From: a virus
Taxonomy: Duplodnaviria; Caudoviricetes
Strand: one strand, 5' to 3'
Virus record (IMG/VR): IMGVR_UViG_3300032212_000095
Span: 1-35,056 of that record
DNA: 35,056 nucleotides
Shown here: positions 19,748-26,861 of the stretch, one piece after another
Position numbering within the stretch: the stretch's first letter is position 1
Layout of the letters: the number at the start of each line of letters is the position of its first letter
Notes under the pieces: model-generated
Seen by the model: the letters and a program-made list of their open reading frames with translations, nothing else
Told to the model about the DNA's origin: nothing
Database searches by the model: none
Translations under genes and position numbers: made by a program

Positions 19748-21507
19748 GCTGCTACCGCCTCCTGCGCTGCCGGTGTCGGTCCTTGGTTGACGGGCGAGCC
19801 GCCCACGGCCTGCGCTCCGGCCCCTAGAGCCTGCGCCCCGGCCCCCATGGCCCCCGCAGCCTCGCCCCCGGCGCGCAGGGCCTCGATGGTGCCCATGAGC
19901 TGCTGCAGCTGGGCGTCCTGCTCGCGGTTTTGCTCCACCTTCTTGTCCTCAATGAAGAGGTCGGCGGGCGCGCCATTGCCGCGACGCAGCAGGCTGGCGT
20001 AGCGATCAACATCCAGCTTGTCCATAATCTCCGGCTTGAGGGCCGCAACCTCGACCATCCCGGCCACGGTGCGCTGCGCACCCACGACCTCGTCCATGTT
20101 CCGCATGCGGTCGAGAGGAGATGTGAAGGCGGGGCTCAGATCCTTGTCCACGAGGCTCTCCGGAGCCTCCAGCGGACTACCGGCATCAAAGGCACCCTTG
20201 CGGCCCAGAATGGCGATTTCGCGGTCAACGAGCTGGCTCAGGCTGTGATTGAAACTGATGCCCACGGGGCCGAGTAGATCGCCCTTCTCCTGCGAGCGTA
20301 GCATGGCCTCGGTGGCCGTCATGTCGGGGCGCTCGATCAGGATCTGCCACAGGTTGAGGTACAGCATCTCCCGCACGTTGTTGCGCCGGGTCTCCAGCAC
20401 CTGCTGGGCAAAGTCGGGCCGGGTGTGCGTCATGATCGGCTGCACCAGCAGCTTGCCGTCGCCATTGATCAGGTTGGGGTTCACCTTGCCCGCGTTCAGG
20501 TTGATGCGCTGCATATTCTCGCCGTACGCGGCAAGGGGCGGACGCACGGCCTGCTGGCTGGAGATCAGCTCGTTCTTGCTCATCTCGTTCAGGGACTTGA
20601 TCTCGGCCAGCGCCAAGGCCATCGGGCCCTCGCTATAGCGACGACCCGCGATGCGGTTCCAGCTGTGGCCGATATAGGGCATCTCCCAGTAGCCCGTCTC
20701 GCCCAGAATGCTCTCCTCGTCCACGTCGATATACACCCCGGCGTAGGGCGCTTTCAGGGTGCCGAAGCCTTTGTGCCGGCTGAGATCGTCACGAGGGATG
20801 ACGGCATGAGCGACAGGAAACTTGGCCATCCGCTTCGTGGGATCGTCCGCGTGTGACTTGATCTTGGCGCTGGCGCTATCGGGCCAGCGCCGGGCGATCT
20901 GCTCTGCGGTCAGGTTGCGGTAGCGGTAGAAGCGCAGCATCTGCCCGCTCATGTCCACCGTCAGGTAACACTCGCCGAGGGGCACGAACTCATAGCGCCA
21001 CGGGGTGCGCACGTCGCCGAACAGCTCCTCGTGGAAGATGAAGCCGTCACCCAGTGCGCACGTGGAGCGGACGGCGGCCTTATGCGCGGGCCAAAAGCCA
21101 GATTTGGGGTTGCTGCGGACCTTGAAGAGGTAACGCGTCAGCTTGTCCATCCACGCCTCCTCCTGCAGCTCCGCCTCGTGGCCGAAGGGATCGTCCACGT
21201 CGAGGCTGTGCCACTGGCTGGCCTCGGGCGTCTTCAGGGAGATCAGGCCCGCAGTCAGGCGCTCGATAGCCCAGAGGCTGGTCTGGTCGTAGAGGGTCTT
21301 GGTGGTGCGCTGGGCGGGGGGCGACGACACCGCGGCTGTGGCTGAGCGCACGTTGCCCTGCATAAGCAGCTGGTCGTACGAGACGTCTGCGGGCAGGGCG
21401 AAGCGCATGCAATCGAGCCAGTACTTGTCCCAGCCCTGAGCCACGCGGTCGCTGACCAGCTCGTTCAACTCGCGAACGAGAGAGGATGCGGTCTCGTCCC
21501 CGATCAT
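19744..21507 (-). CDS. Portal / head-to-tail connector (T7 gp8-like family)
   Basis: 587 aa. LYDQT...AIERLTAGL.S..TP...WH.L, GYWEMPY, YSEGPM..AL.EIKSLN, MTATEA..R.QEK, FTSPL motifs. Confidence 0.95.
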   Translation of the reverse strand: MIGDETASSLVRELNELVSDRVAQGWDKYWLDCMRFALPADVSYDQLLMQGNVRSATAAVSSPPAQRTTKTLYDQTSLWAIERLTAGLISLKTPEASQWHSLDVDDPFGHEAELQEEAWMDKLTRYLFKVRSNPKSGFWPAHKAAVRSTCALGDGFIFHEELFGDVRTPWRYEFVPLGECYLTVDMSGQMLRFYRYRNLTAEQIARRWPDSASAKIKSHADDPTKRMAKFPVAHAVIPRDDLSRHKGFGTLKAPYAGVYIDVDEESILGETGYWEMPYIGHSWNRIAGRRYSEGPMALALAEIKSLNEMSKNELISSQQAVRPPLAAYGENMQRINLNAGKVNPNLINGDGKLLVQPIMTHTRPDFAQQVLETRRNNVREMLYLNLWQILIERPDMTATEAMLRSQEKGDLLGPVGISFNHSLSQLVDREIAILGRKGAFDAGSPLEAPESLVDKDLSPAFTSPLDRMRNMDEVVGAQRTVAGMVEVAALKPEIMDKLDVDRYASLLRRGNGAPADLFIEDKKVEQNREQDAQLQQLMGTIEALRAGGEAAGAMGAGAQALGAGAQAVGGSPVNQGPTPAAQEAVAA

Positions 21508-21510
21508 CGA

Positions 21511-21720
21511 TCAGGCCCCCGCGCTGCCGCCGCCACCGAGACGGGTAGCGGACGTGGTTGCGCCACCCAGTGTCCCGGTCGGGCTGGTGAAAATGTTGCC
21601 GAACGCGCCCGTGGCGTTCTGCCGACGGCGCTGAAACAGCTGGGCAACGGCACCGCCCTTGCGCCGGGTAGGCGGAGCCGCTGGCGAGGGGATGTCCGGG
21701 GTCTTTACCGAGAGGCACAT
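21511..21720 (-). CDS. Small conserved pre-portal virion protein
   Basis: 69 aa. MC...PDIPSP..PP...IFTSPTG.LG pattern typical of the gene before T7-like portals; AAAGGTGA RBS. Confidence 0.7.
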   Translation of the reverse strand: MCLSVKTPDIPSPAAPPTRRKGGAVAQLFQRRRQNATGAFGNIFTSPTGTLGGATTSATRLGGGGSAGA

Positions 21721-21764
21721 GGTGGGGTCACCTTTCGTTGGATATCAACATGTTGTGGGGCACC

Positions 21765-22223
21765 CTACACTGTCAGGGCACGTCTGAAAAGGATGAAGTC
21801 TTCGCCGCCCGGGCCATAGCCGCTGAGTGTGGCCAAGGACGACGCGCCGAGCCCCTTGAGCCACCTGTGCGCGGCCTCGTGCGTGGCGATGCTGCGGGCC
21901 TCGGCCCAGCGGAAGCCGTGAGATCGCAGGTCGTGCGCCAGAGGGCCGTTTATGAAGCGGGTCAGCGCCGGAACTGCGCGAGTGAAGCGGCCTGTCCCGA
22001 CAGCCCACGCGCTCACGGTCGTGGCGCTGATAGGTGTGGCCCCGAAAATTGCTACCGGGACACTCTGCAGCTTGATCTGGTACGCCCACGGTGTTGAGAG
22101 GCAGATGGCGGCCACGTCGAGGCCCGTGGCGTCACCGTAGGTGCCCCGCAGCTCGGCCCTGTCGGCCTCACGCAGGTTGGCCAGCACGTAGGTGCAGTCG
22201 CGCAGGTTCAGGGCGGTGATCAC
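21765..22223 (-). CDS. Phage GNAT/acetyltransferase-like protein (T7 gp13-like)
   Basis: Likely start GTG 22223, overlapping the TerL stop (GTGA); 152 aa. LREADRAEL, PVAIFGATP, AWAVGT, AHRWLKGLG motifs. Confidence 0.7.
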   Translation of the reverse strand: MITALNLRDCTYVLANLREADRAELRGTYGDATGLDVAAICLSTPWAYQIKLQSVPVAIFGATPISATTVSAWAVGTGRFTRAVPALTRFINGPLAHDLRSHGFRWAEARSIATHEAAHRWLKGLGASSLATLSGYGPGGEDFILFRRALTV

Positions 22224-23962
22224 AGCCCCCAGTCCTCCAGCGGGTCGATCTCGGGCACGCTGGACGTCTGCTTGTGGAAGTCCGTCATCTCCTCGTTCCA
22301 GCCGCCCAGCTCCACGGGGATGGGATCGATGCTGTGCTCCCGGGCCATGGCCGTGGGCAGGTAGTGCTTGGCCATGATCACGGCATCGGCCTCGTCGGTC
22401 GAGGTGCTGATGCGTTTGCGCACGTCGTCCTTGGCCTCGACAAGGATCTGGTTGCCCCTGATACCGAAGTGAGGGGCCGTGAGCTGGGCGCGCAAGCGGT
22501 CGCCGGGCGGCAGCATGATGTCGGGGTTTTCGTCGGGGTCCAGCGCCTCTCTGAACTTCCACCACATCTCGGCGCGCAGGTTGTAGAACCTCAGGCTCAT
22601 GTCACGCGTCCATGCCGTCGATCCGGCAGACGCCACACAGCTGATGGCCGCGATGCGGTGGTTGTCTCGCAGGTTATCCCGCGTGCTGATCCCCCAGCCA
22701 CCCGTCATGTCCAGCGCAATGGTGGCGCGGTCGCGCCGGATCTTGAGCAGCCGAGCCACAACGCTGGGGCCGTCGGGCGTCTCGCTTCCGGGGAAGGTAT
22801 GCAGCTCCTCGAAGAAGCCGTTCTCCCGTAAAGGGGCCAGCACGGTGATATCCGCCCCGCCCTGCGCGATATCAGCCGCCAGCACCCGCATGGCGGCCTT
22901 GCGCATGTCGTGATCGGCCTCCAGCCGGGCCACGTACTCGCGCCAGCGCTCCTGCGCCGCCAGCACCCAGTTCGTGGGGATGACCTGCATGTCGTGATCC
23001 GCCAGCTTGATACCGAAGGCACCGTGCAGCAGCATCGTGCGAAGGGGTTCCGGCGTGGCCGACAGCTTCTCGAGATAGCCTGTCCCGGCCAAGAACTGGT
23101 TGTCGGTGACCAGCGACTGGATGAACGTGCGGCTCTTGGCACTGGCGAGGTTCAAGCTCTTGATCTGCTCCTGCGTAGGCTCGCCCTCGTGCCTCTCACC
23201 CGTCTTGATGACGTACCAGCCCGGACCATCGACCCAAACAGTCTCGTATTGATTGCCGCGTGTCCGCATATAGCACCAACGGATCTCGCCGCTCTTGGCC
23301 TTCTGGTCCTCAGGTAGGTCGGGATCGATCCACGGTGCAAACCAGCGCTTGAGCCAGTCGCCCGTGCTGACATCCGTCATCGAGCCGTCCTTGAGATCCG
23401 GCACCGGCGGGTTGGTAGCAAAGACTACGCGGCAGCGCTGGCCGGGCGTGGTGCTCCTGAGCCAGCGCATGACGAACTCCACCTTCAGCTCGTCCAGCTG
23501 GGCGGCCTCGTCGAAGCAAATCAAGTCGTGCGGTCGTCCCTGCCAGCTCTTTTCGGATCCCGGCTTTTCAAGGTGCCCCATGTCGATACTGCGCCCGTCG
23601 ACGGTACGCATGTGCTTCTTGACCCCGTTGCGTGTACTAATCCGGCTGATAGGGTCGAGGATGCCCTCCAGCCGCTCCCAGATGCCGTCGAGGTCGGTGC
23701 TCTGCCGCCTGAAGATCAGCGTACGCTCGTGCAGGGTGGTGGCGAGGCCACAGACGAGGTCGGTCTTGCCGCCCCCGGCTGCACCCCCATAGAGCATCTC
23801 GTCTGCCTCGCTGTGGTAGGCTACGAACTGGGGGCCGGGCTGCGGCTGCCATGCCAGCTGCAGCTCTGCGTGCAGCTGGTCTACCAGCGCCTCGCGGTCC
23901 CCATCGCTCATGCGCCGGATGCGCTCGGCGATATCGTCGAGGTTCAGGCCGAGATCATTCAT
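22220..23962 (-). CDS. terL: Terminase large subunit
   Basis: PQPGPQ, Walker A YGGAAGGGKT, Walker B ICFDEAAQ, FATNPP, nuclease acidic motifs AADIAQGGAD, LDMTGGWG, TDEADA. Start placed at ATG 23962 after GAGGT. Confidence 0.95.
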   Translation of the reverse strand: MNDLGLNLDDIAERIRRMSDGDREALVDQLHAELQLAWQPQPGPQFVAYHSEADEMLYGGAAGGGKTDLVCGLATTLHERTLIFRRQSTDLDGIWERLEGILDPISRISTRNGVKKHMRTVDGRSIDMGHLEKPGSEKSWQGRPHDLICFDEAAQLDELKVEFVMRWLRSTTPGQRCRVVFATNPPVPDLKDGSMTDVSTGDWLKRWFAPWIDPDLPEDQKAKSGEIRWCYMRTRGNQYETVWVDGPGWYVIKTGERHEGEPTQEQIKSLNLASAKSRTFIQSLVTDNQFLAGTGYLEKLSATPEPLRTMLLHGAFGIKLADHDMQVIPTNWVLAAQERWREYVARLEADHDMRKAAMRVLAADIAQGGADITVLAPLRENGFFEELHTFPGSETPDGPSVVARLLKIRRDRATIALDMTGGWGISTRDNLRDNHRIAAISCVASAGSTAWTRDMSLRFYNLRAEMWWKFREALDPDENPDIMLPPGDRLRAQLTAPHFGIRGNQILVEAKDDVRKRISTSTDEADAVIMAKHYLPTAMAREHSIDPIPVELGGWNEEMTDFHKQTSSVPEIDPLEDWGL

Positions 23963-24377
23963 CGCGCAGCACCTCGGCATCGATCACGTCGCTATCGGCT
24001 GCCACGCCGCGCTGCAGGACGTTGATCAGGGCCAGCGCCAGCCGCCGGTCGTCAGCCTTGCCCGCCGGGTCGAGCTTGGCGGCCTCCTGCTCTTCAGGAG
24101 CTGCGGCTTTCTCAGCTCCCTCGATCAGCTTCAGGATGGCAGGTAGCTCATTCAGGCGCTCCAAATGCTCGATTGCCTTGTCGTACGGGTTCTCGTGCTC
24201 GGTGATGTGCTCGTCGACGGAGGTGATCAGGCTGACCGCGCGCAGGCTGCGCTGCCTGATGCCGAGGGCTATCTCGGCGTTGGCCCGGCGCATGTCCTTG
24301 ATTTCTTTAGACAAAACACCGGGAAGGTTGCCGCGCGGGCCGCCAAAGCGGGTGGGGTTCGATGGACTGAAGGGCAT
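23955..24377 (-). CDS. Probable terminase small subunit
   Basis: 140 aa immediately upstream of TerL; N-terminal TRFGGPRGNLPG motif; GAGGAG RBS. Confidence 0.65.
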   Translation of the reverse strand: MPFSPSNPTRFGGPRGNLPGVLSKEIKDMRRANAEIALGIRQRSLRAVSLITSVDEHITEHENPYDKAIEHLERLNELPAILKLIEGAEKAAAPEEQEAAKLDPAGKADDRRLALALINVLQRGVAADSDVIDAEVLRDE

Positions 24378-24453
24378 TTAGCTCCTCGCTGGAAAGCCTT
24401 ATTTTGCTGCAGTTTACGCCCTTTTTTAGGTGCTGACGACCACTTTTTTCGAA

Positions 24454-24473
24454 AATAGGTGGGTCCACCTATT
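24454..24473. promoter_or_regulatory. Perfect palindrome (operator candidate) overlapping the -35 of the rightward promoter
   Basis: AATAGGTGG-GT-CCACCTATT, 9-bp arms, in the divergent intergenic region. Confidence 0.6.
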
Positions 24474-24500
24474 GACCCCACCATCTTTAGCCCTTATCTC
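24472..24500 (+). promoter_or_regulatory. Sigma70-type promoter for the plus-strand cassette
   Basis: TTGACC-17 nt-TATCTC. The -10 lacks the final T, which is common in Alphaproteobacteria. Confidence 0.55.
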
Positions 24501-24503
24501 TTG

Positions 24504-24535
24504 GGTGAGGCCGATGGTCTCGCCGCTCTTTGACA
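24504..24535 (+). promoter_or_regulatory. Hairpin plus boxA-like antitermination signal
   Basis: ggtgaggcc-gat-ggtctcgcc hairpin (two G-U pairs) followed by CGCTCTTTGACA, close to the boxA consensus (C/T)GCTCTTTAACA. Confidence 0.5.
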
Positions 24536-24599
24536 TCGTAAAAACGGTCAGCCTAGCCTCCCGGCGATGATGGCAAATCTCCCCAGACTGTGTTCTTCG

Positions 24600-24664
24600 G
24601 CCAGCCCAGCGATGGGCTGGCTTCCCGAGCACAATCGCTCGATTATAGCAAATTGGAGACCGAT
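24600..24664 (+). repeat. Double-hairpin leader element, copy 1
   Basis: GCCAGCCCA-gcga-TGGGCTGGC, then CGAGC-acaatc-GCTCG, then ATTATAGCAAATTGGAGA and ATG 24665. Confidence 0.7.
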
Positions 24665-24895
24665 ATGAACATCGTACAAGCCGACCGCACCTTCAGTCAC
24701 TTCGACGCCGCCATGATCGTGGAGGGCCAGTGGGAGCTGGCAGGTGAAGAGCCCGACGAAGAGGTCTATTTCGCCGCAGCCCAGCACCTGATCGATACCG
24801 GCCTCGCGTGGTCGCTGCAGGGCTTCTTCGGACGCACCTGCAACCACCTCATCAGGGAGGGCTATTGCCGTCCCGCACCGGAGGAAGTGGCATGA
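24665..24895 (+). CDS. Small conserved phage early protein (WxLQGxxGR motif)
   Basis: 76 aa from ATG 24665 with GGAG RBS; QHLIDTGLAWSLQGFFGRTCNHLIREG. Confidence 0.75.
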   Translation: MNIVQADRTFSHFDAAMIVEGQWELAGEEPDEEVYFAAAQHLIDTGLAWSLQGFFGRTCNHLIREGYCRPAPEEVA

Positions 24896-25173
24896 AGACC
24901 CGCGTCGCATTCAGCGCCCGCCCGCACCCCAATGGCAACGGCGAGTAGGACTTCAAGATCGCGTGGGGTGCTCTGCGCGCCGCCCGGGAAGCCGTCGCGG
25001 ACGCGGAGCGCATGCTCCTGCTGAATGTCGTCCACGGACGGAACTACCAGCACCTCGAGGATCCCGACACCCACGTCGTCGCGGATCGTCGACAGGTGCA
25101 GGAGGATATCCAGCACATGCTCGAACGCATCGGCAAGATGCAGTCCGCGCTGGTGGACATCCTCGTATCCTGA
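24892..25173 (+). pseudogene. 93-codon phage gene interrupted by a single in-frame TAG (24946-24948)
   Basis: ATG overlaps the upstream stop (ATGA) with GGAGG RBS. Reads MKTRVAFSARPHPNGNGE*DFKIAWGALRAAREAVADAERMLLLNVVHGRNYQHL...VDILVS-TGA and ends just before leader copy 2. Confidence 0.7.
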
Positions 25174-25182
25174 GTACCTCGG

Positions 25183-25249
25183 CCAGCCGCCCCCACCCGG
25201 GGCGTCTGGAACGGGCGCTCAGCCCGATCACAGCAAAATGGAGAAGACC
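25183..25249 (+). repeat. Double-hairpin leader element, copy 2
   Basis: CCAGCCGCCCC..GGGGCGTCTGG, then CGGGC-gctca-GCCCG, then ATCACAGCAAAATGGAGA and ATG 25250. Confidence 0.75.
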
Positions 25250-26152
25250 ATGTTTAACGACATAAATTTCAACGCTCAGGTTCGTGACATCTTCGACGCC
25301 AATGGCAACCGGGTTCCCCGGGAGATTGGCAGGGGGGTGTACCGCGACGACAGCGACGAGCTGATCTCGATCTGTGGCCCGGCCTTCAAGCCCGTCCAGC
25401 ACATGGACGTACTGGGGCCGCTCATGCAGGGCCTTGAGGAGAGCGGCTATGCCGTCGAGGAGCGCGCTCAGGCCTCTCGCAGCGCCCTGTATGACCTGCA
25501 GGGCCGCAAGGGGGCTTGGGTGTCGCCCAAGGTGACCGATAACGGCGCAGTGATGCGCACGGATATCATCCTCGGCGACTTTATCGAGCCCACGGGCTCG
25601 ACCAGCTACCTCGCCGATGGTCCGGATACCAACTTTTTCCGGATCTCGATCCTGAACAGCCACAACAGCAAGTACGCCGTGAAAGTCAACACGAGCTACC
25701 TGCGCGTCATCTGCATGAACGGCATGACCCAGCCGCACTTCTCGGCTGGCGTCTACGGCAAGCACACCAGCGGCTTCTCGGTCGAAGGTCTGCAGCGCCA
25801 GATTGCCAACGCCATGCAGATGATGGGCGACGACGCCGACCGCTTCGGCCTCTGGGCCAAGACCAAGGTCAGTATCGAGCAGGCCACGGACTTTCTGAAG
25901 CTCACCCTCGCCAAACTGCCCAAAAAGGCAACCGGTGAGGCCCACTACAGCGAGCCCCTCCTGAACAAGATCCTGACCCGCTTCAGGGTCGAGGATCAGA
26001 CCCTCTGGGGCCTCTACAACGCCGTCACTTGGTGGCAGACGCACGACGACTTCCGCGCCAACGCCGACCGGCTCACCGCCGGTATCGGACGCGAGCAGAA
26101 AGTCGCCTCGATGCTGAAGTCGCCGGTGATGGAGGAGATGTTCGCCATCTGA
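25250..26152 (+). CDS. DUF932-family phage/plasmid protein
   Basis: 300 aa. VYRDDS...FKPVQH, ILNSHNS...LRVICMNGM...H, TLWGLYNAVT motifs; start chosen by the GGAG RBS. Confidence 0.85.
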   Translation: MFNDINFNAQVRDIFDANGNRVPREIGRGVYRDDSDELISICGPAFKPVQHMDVLGPLMQGLEESGYAVEERAQASRSALYDLQGRKGAWVSPKVTDNGAVMRTDIILGDFIEPTGSTSYLADGPDTNFFRISILNSHNSKYAVKVNTSYLRVICMNGMTQPHFSAGVYGKHTSGFSVEGLQRQIANAMQMMGDDADRFGLWAKTKVSIEQATDFLKLTLAKLPKKATGEAHYSEPLLNKILTRFRVEDQTLWGLYNAVTWWQTHDDFRANADRLTAGIGREQKVASMLKSPVMEEMFAI

Positions 26153-26162
26153 GCACCAAGAT

Positions 26163-26222
26163 CTGCAGCCCCGCCCGGGGCTGCAGCGCCGGGCGCTCAG
26201 CCCGATCATAGAGGAGATCAAA
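26163..26222 (+). repeat. Double-hairpin leader element, copy 3
   Basis: CTGCAGCCCC-gccc-GGGGCTGCAG, then CGGGC-gctca-GCCCG, then ATCATAGAGGAGA and ATG 26223. Shares 19 identical bp with copy 2 (25212-25230 = 26190-26208). Confidence 0.75.
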
Positions 26223-26651
26223 ATGAATGGACCCCAGCTTATCGCCGTCAGCACTGTCGCTGAGGAGGATGCCACGGGGCGACACTACGCCTTCGGCACC
26301 CTACTGCACGACGGGAGGACTGTGTATATCCCCTCCCTCGTTTGCGAGAAGGAGGGCATCGACTACGACGCTATCGGAGATCGTCTCTGGGCCTACTGCG
26401 ACAAGGTGCCCGGTCGCGGCGAGGGCACGAGGCTCACGGCCTTCGTGCGCTGGGATGCCGACGACGAGAAGGCCCCCCATATCTACGCCATGGCACCCAT
26501 GGAGGGGGCGGGTCCGGAGGAGATCCGCGCCATCCTCGACCGTCTCCGCCTGATACGGCTGGACGCCTCGCACACGGTCGCGAAAACAGAGGGCCTGATA
26601 CGCAGCCTGCAGGCGCTCCACGACCGCTTGAACGCGCAGACCGACCAATGA
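26223..26651 (+). CDS. Hypothetical protein, possible N-terminal OB/cold-shock-like fold and C-terminal coiled coil
   Basis: 142 aa, GAGGAG RBS; YAFGTL..DGRTVYIP...IGDRL pattern. Confidence 0.65.
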   Translation: MNGPQLIAVSTVAEEDATGRHYAFGTLLHDGRTVYIPSLVCEKEGIDYDAIGDRLWAYCDKVPGRGEGTRLTAFVRWDADDEKAPHIYAMAPMEGAGPEEIRAILDRLRLIRLDASHTVAKTEGLIRSLQALHDRLNAQTDQ

Positions 26652-26656
26652 AAGAC

Positions 26657-26690
26657 AAGCCCCCGGAGAGCGATCTCCGGGGGCTTTTTT
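26657..26690 (+). terminator. Rho-independent terminator
   Basis: AAGCCCCCGGAGA-GCGA-TCTCCGGGGGCTT then TTTT: 13-bp perfect stem, GNRA loop, U-tract, directly after the last plus-strand gene. Confidence 0.9.
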
Positions 26691-26703
26691 GCGCCCAAAT
26701 TTC

Positions 26704-26855
26704 CAAGTCTGTAGCGACTTATCACGGAAACCCCGGAGGTTTCCTTATATAGGGGGGACTTTTGTATTTTTACAACCTGTAGTTGTAAATATAAAAGTCG
26801 TCGGTCTCATATAGAAAGCTCCGGAGTTCCCGTGATTTAGTCTGTAGCGACTGAA
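26704..26855. other. Probable replication origin: long imperfect inverted repeat flanked by direct-repeat mini-hairpins
   Basis: About 55-bp arms spanning 26721-26836 around a CTGTA loop, with an AT-rich core. AGTCTGTAGCGACT occurs at 26706-26719 and 26839-26852. Lies immediately downstream of the primase gene. Confidence 0.6.
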
Positions 26856-26861
26856 ATACCG

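Noticed and set aside
22224-22565. N-terminal extensions given in the ORF track (21765-22565, 25025-26152, 29621-30181, 24590-24895)
   Set aside because: They overlap neighbouring genes or leader elements. Downstream starts with an RBS or stop-start coupling fit better.
387-24381. Many long plus-strand ORFs (for example 4813-6369, 7012-8580, 16280-17530)
   Set aside because: They are antisense shadows of high-GC minus-strand genes, with no recognisable motifs. The same applies to 26994-28127 and 30823-32451 (+) and 24953-26275 (-).
24600-26222. Leader repeats as a CRISPR array or integron attC sites
   Set aside because: The spacing is whole genes rather than 30-40 bp spacers, no cas or integrase gene is present, and I saw no attC RYYYAAC/GTTRRRY ends.
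26721-26836. Inverted repeat as a protelomerase (telRL) site or MITE
   Set aside because: The arms are imperfect with indels, no protelomerase or transposase is in the window, and the flanking 14-bp repeats are themselves structured with a further variant in the primase gene, unlike a target-site duplication.
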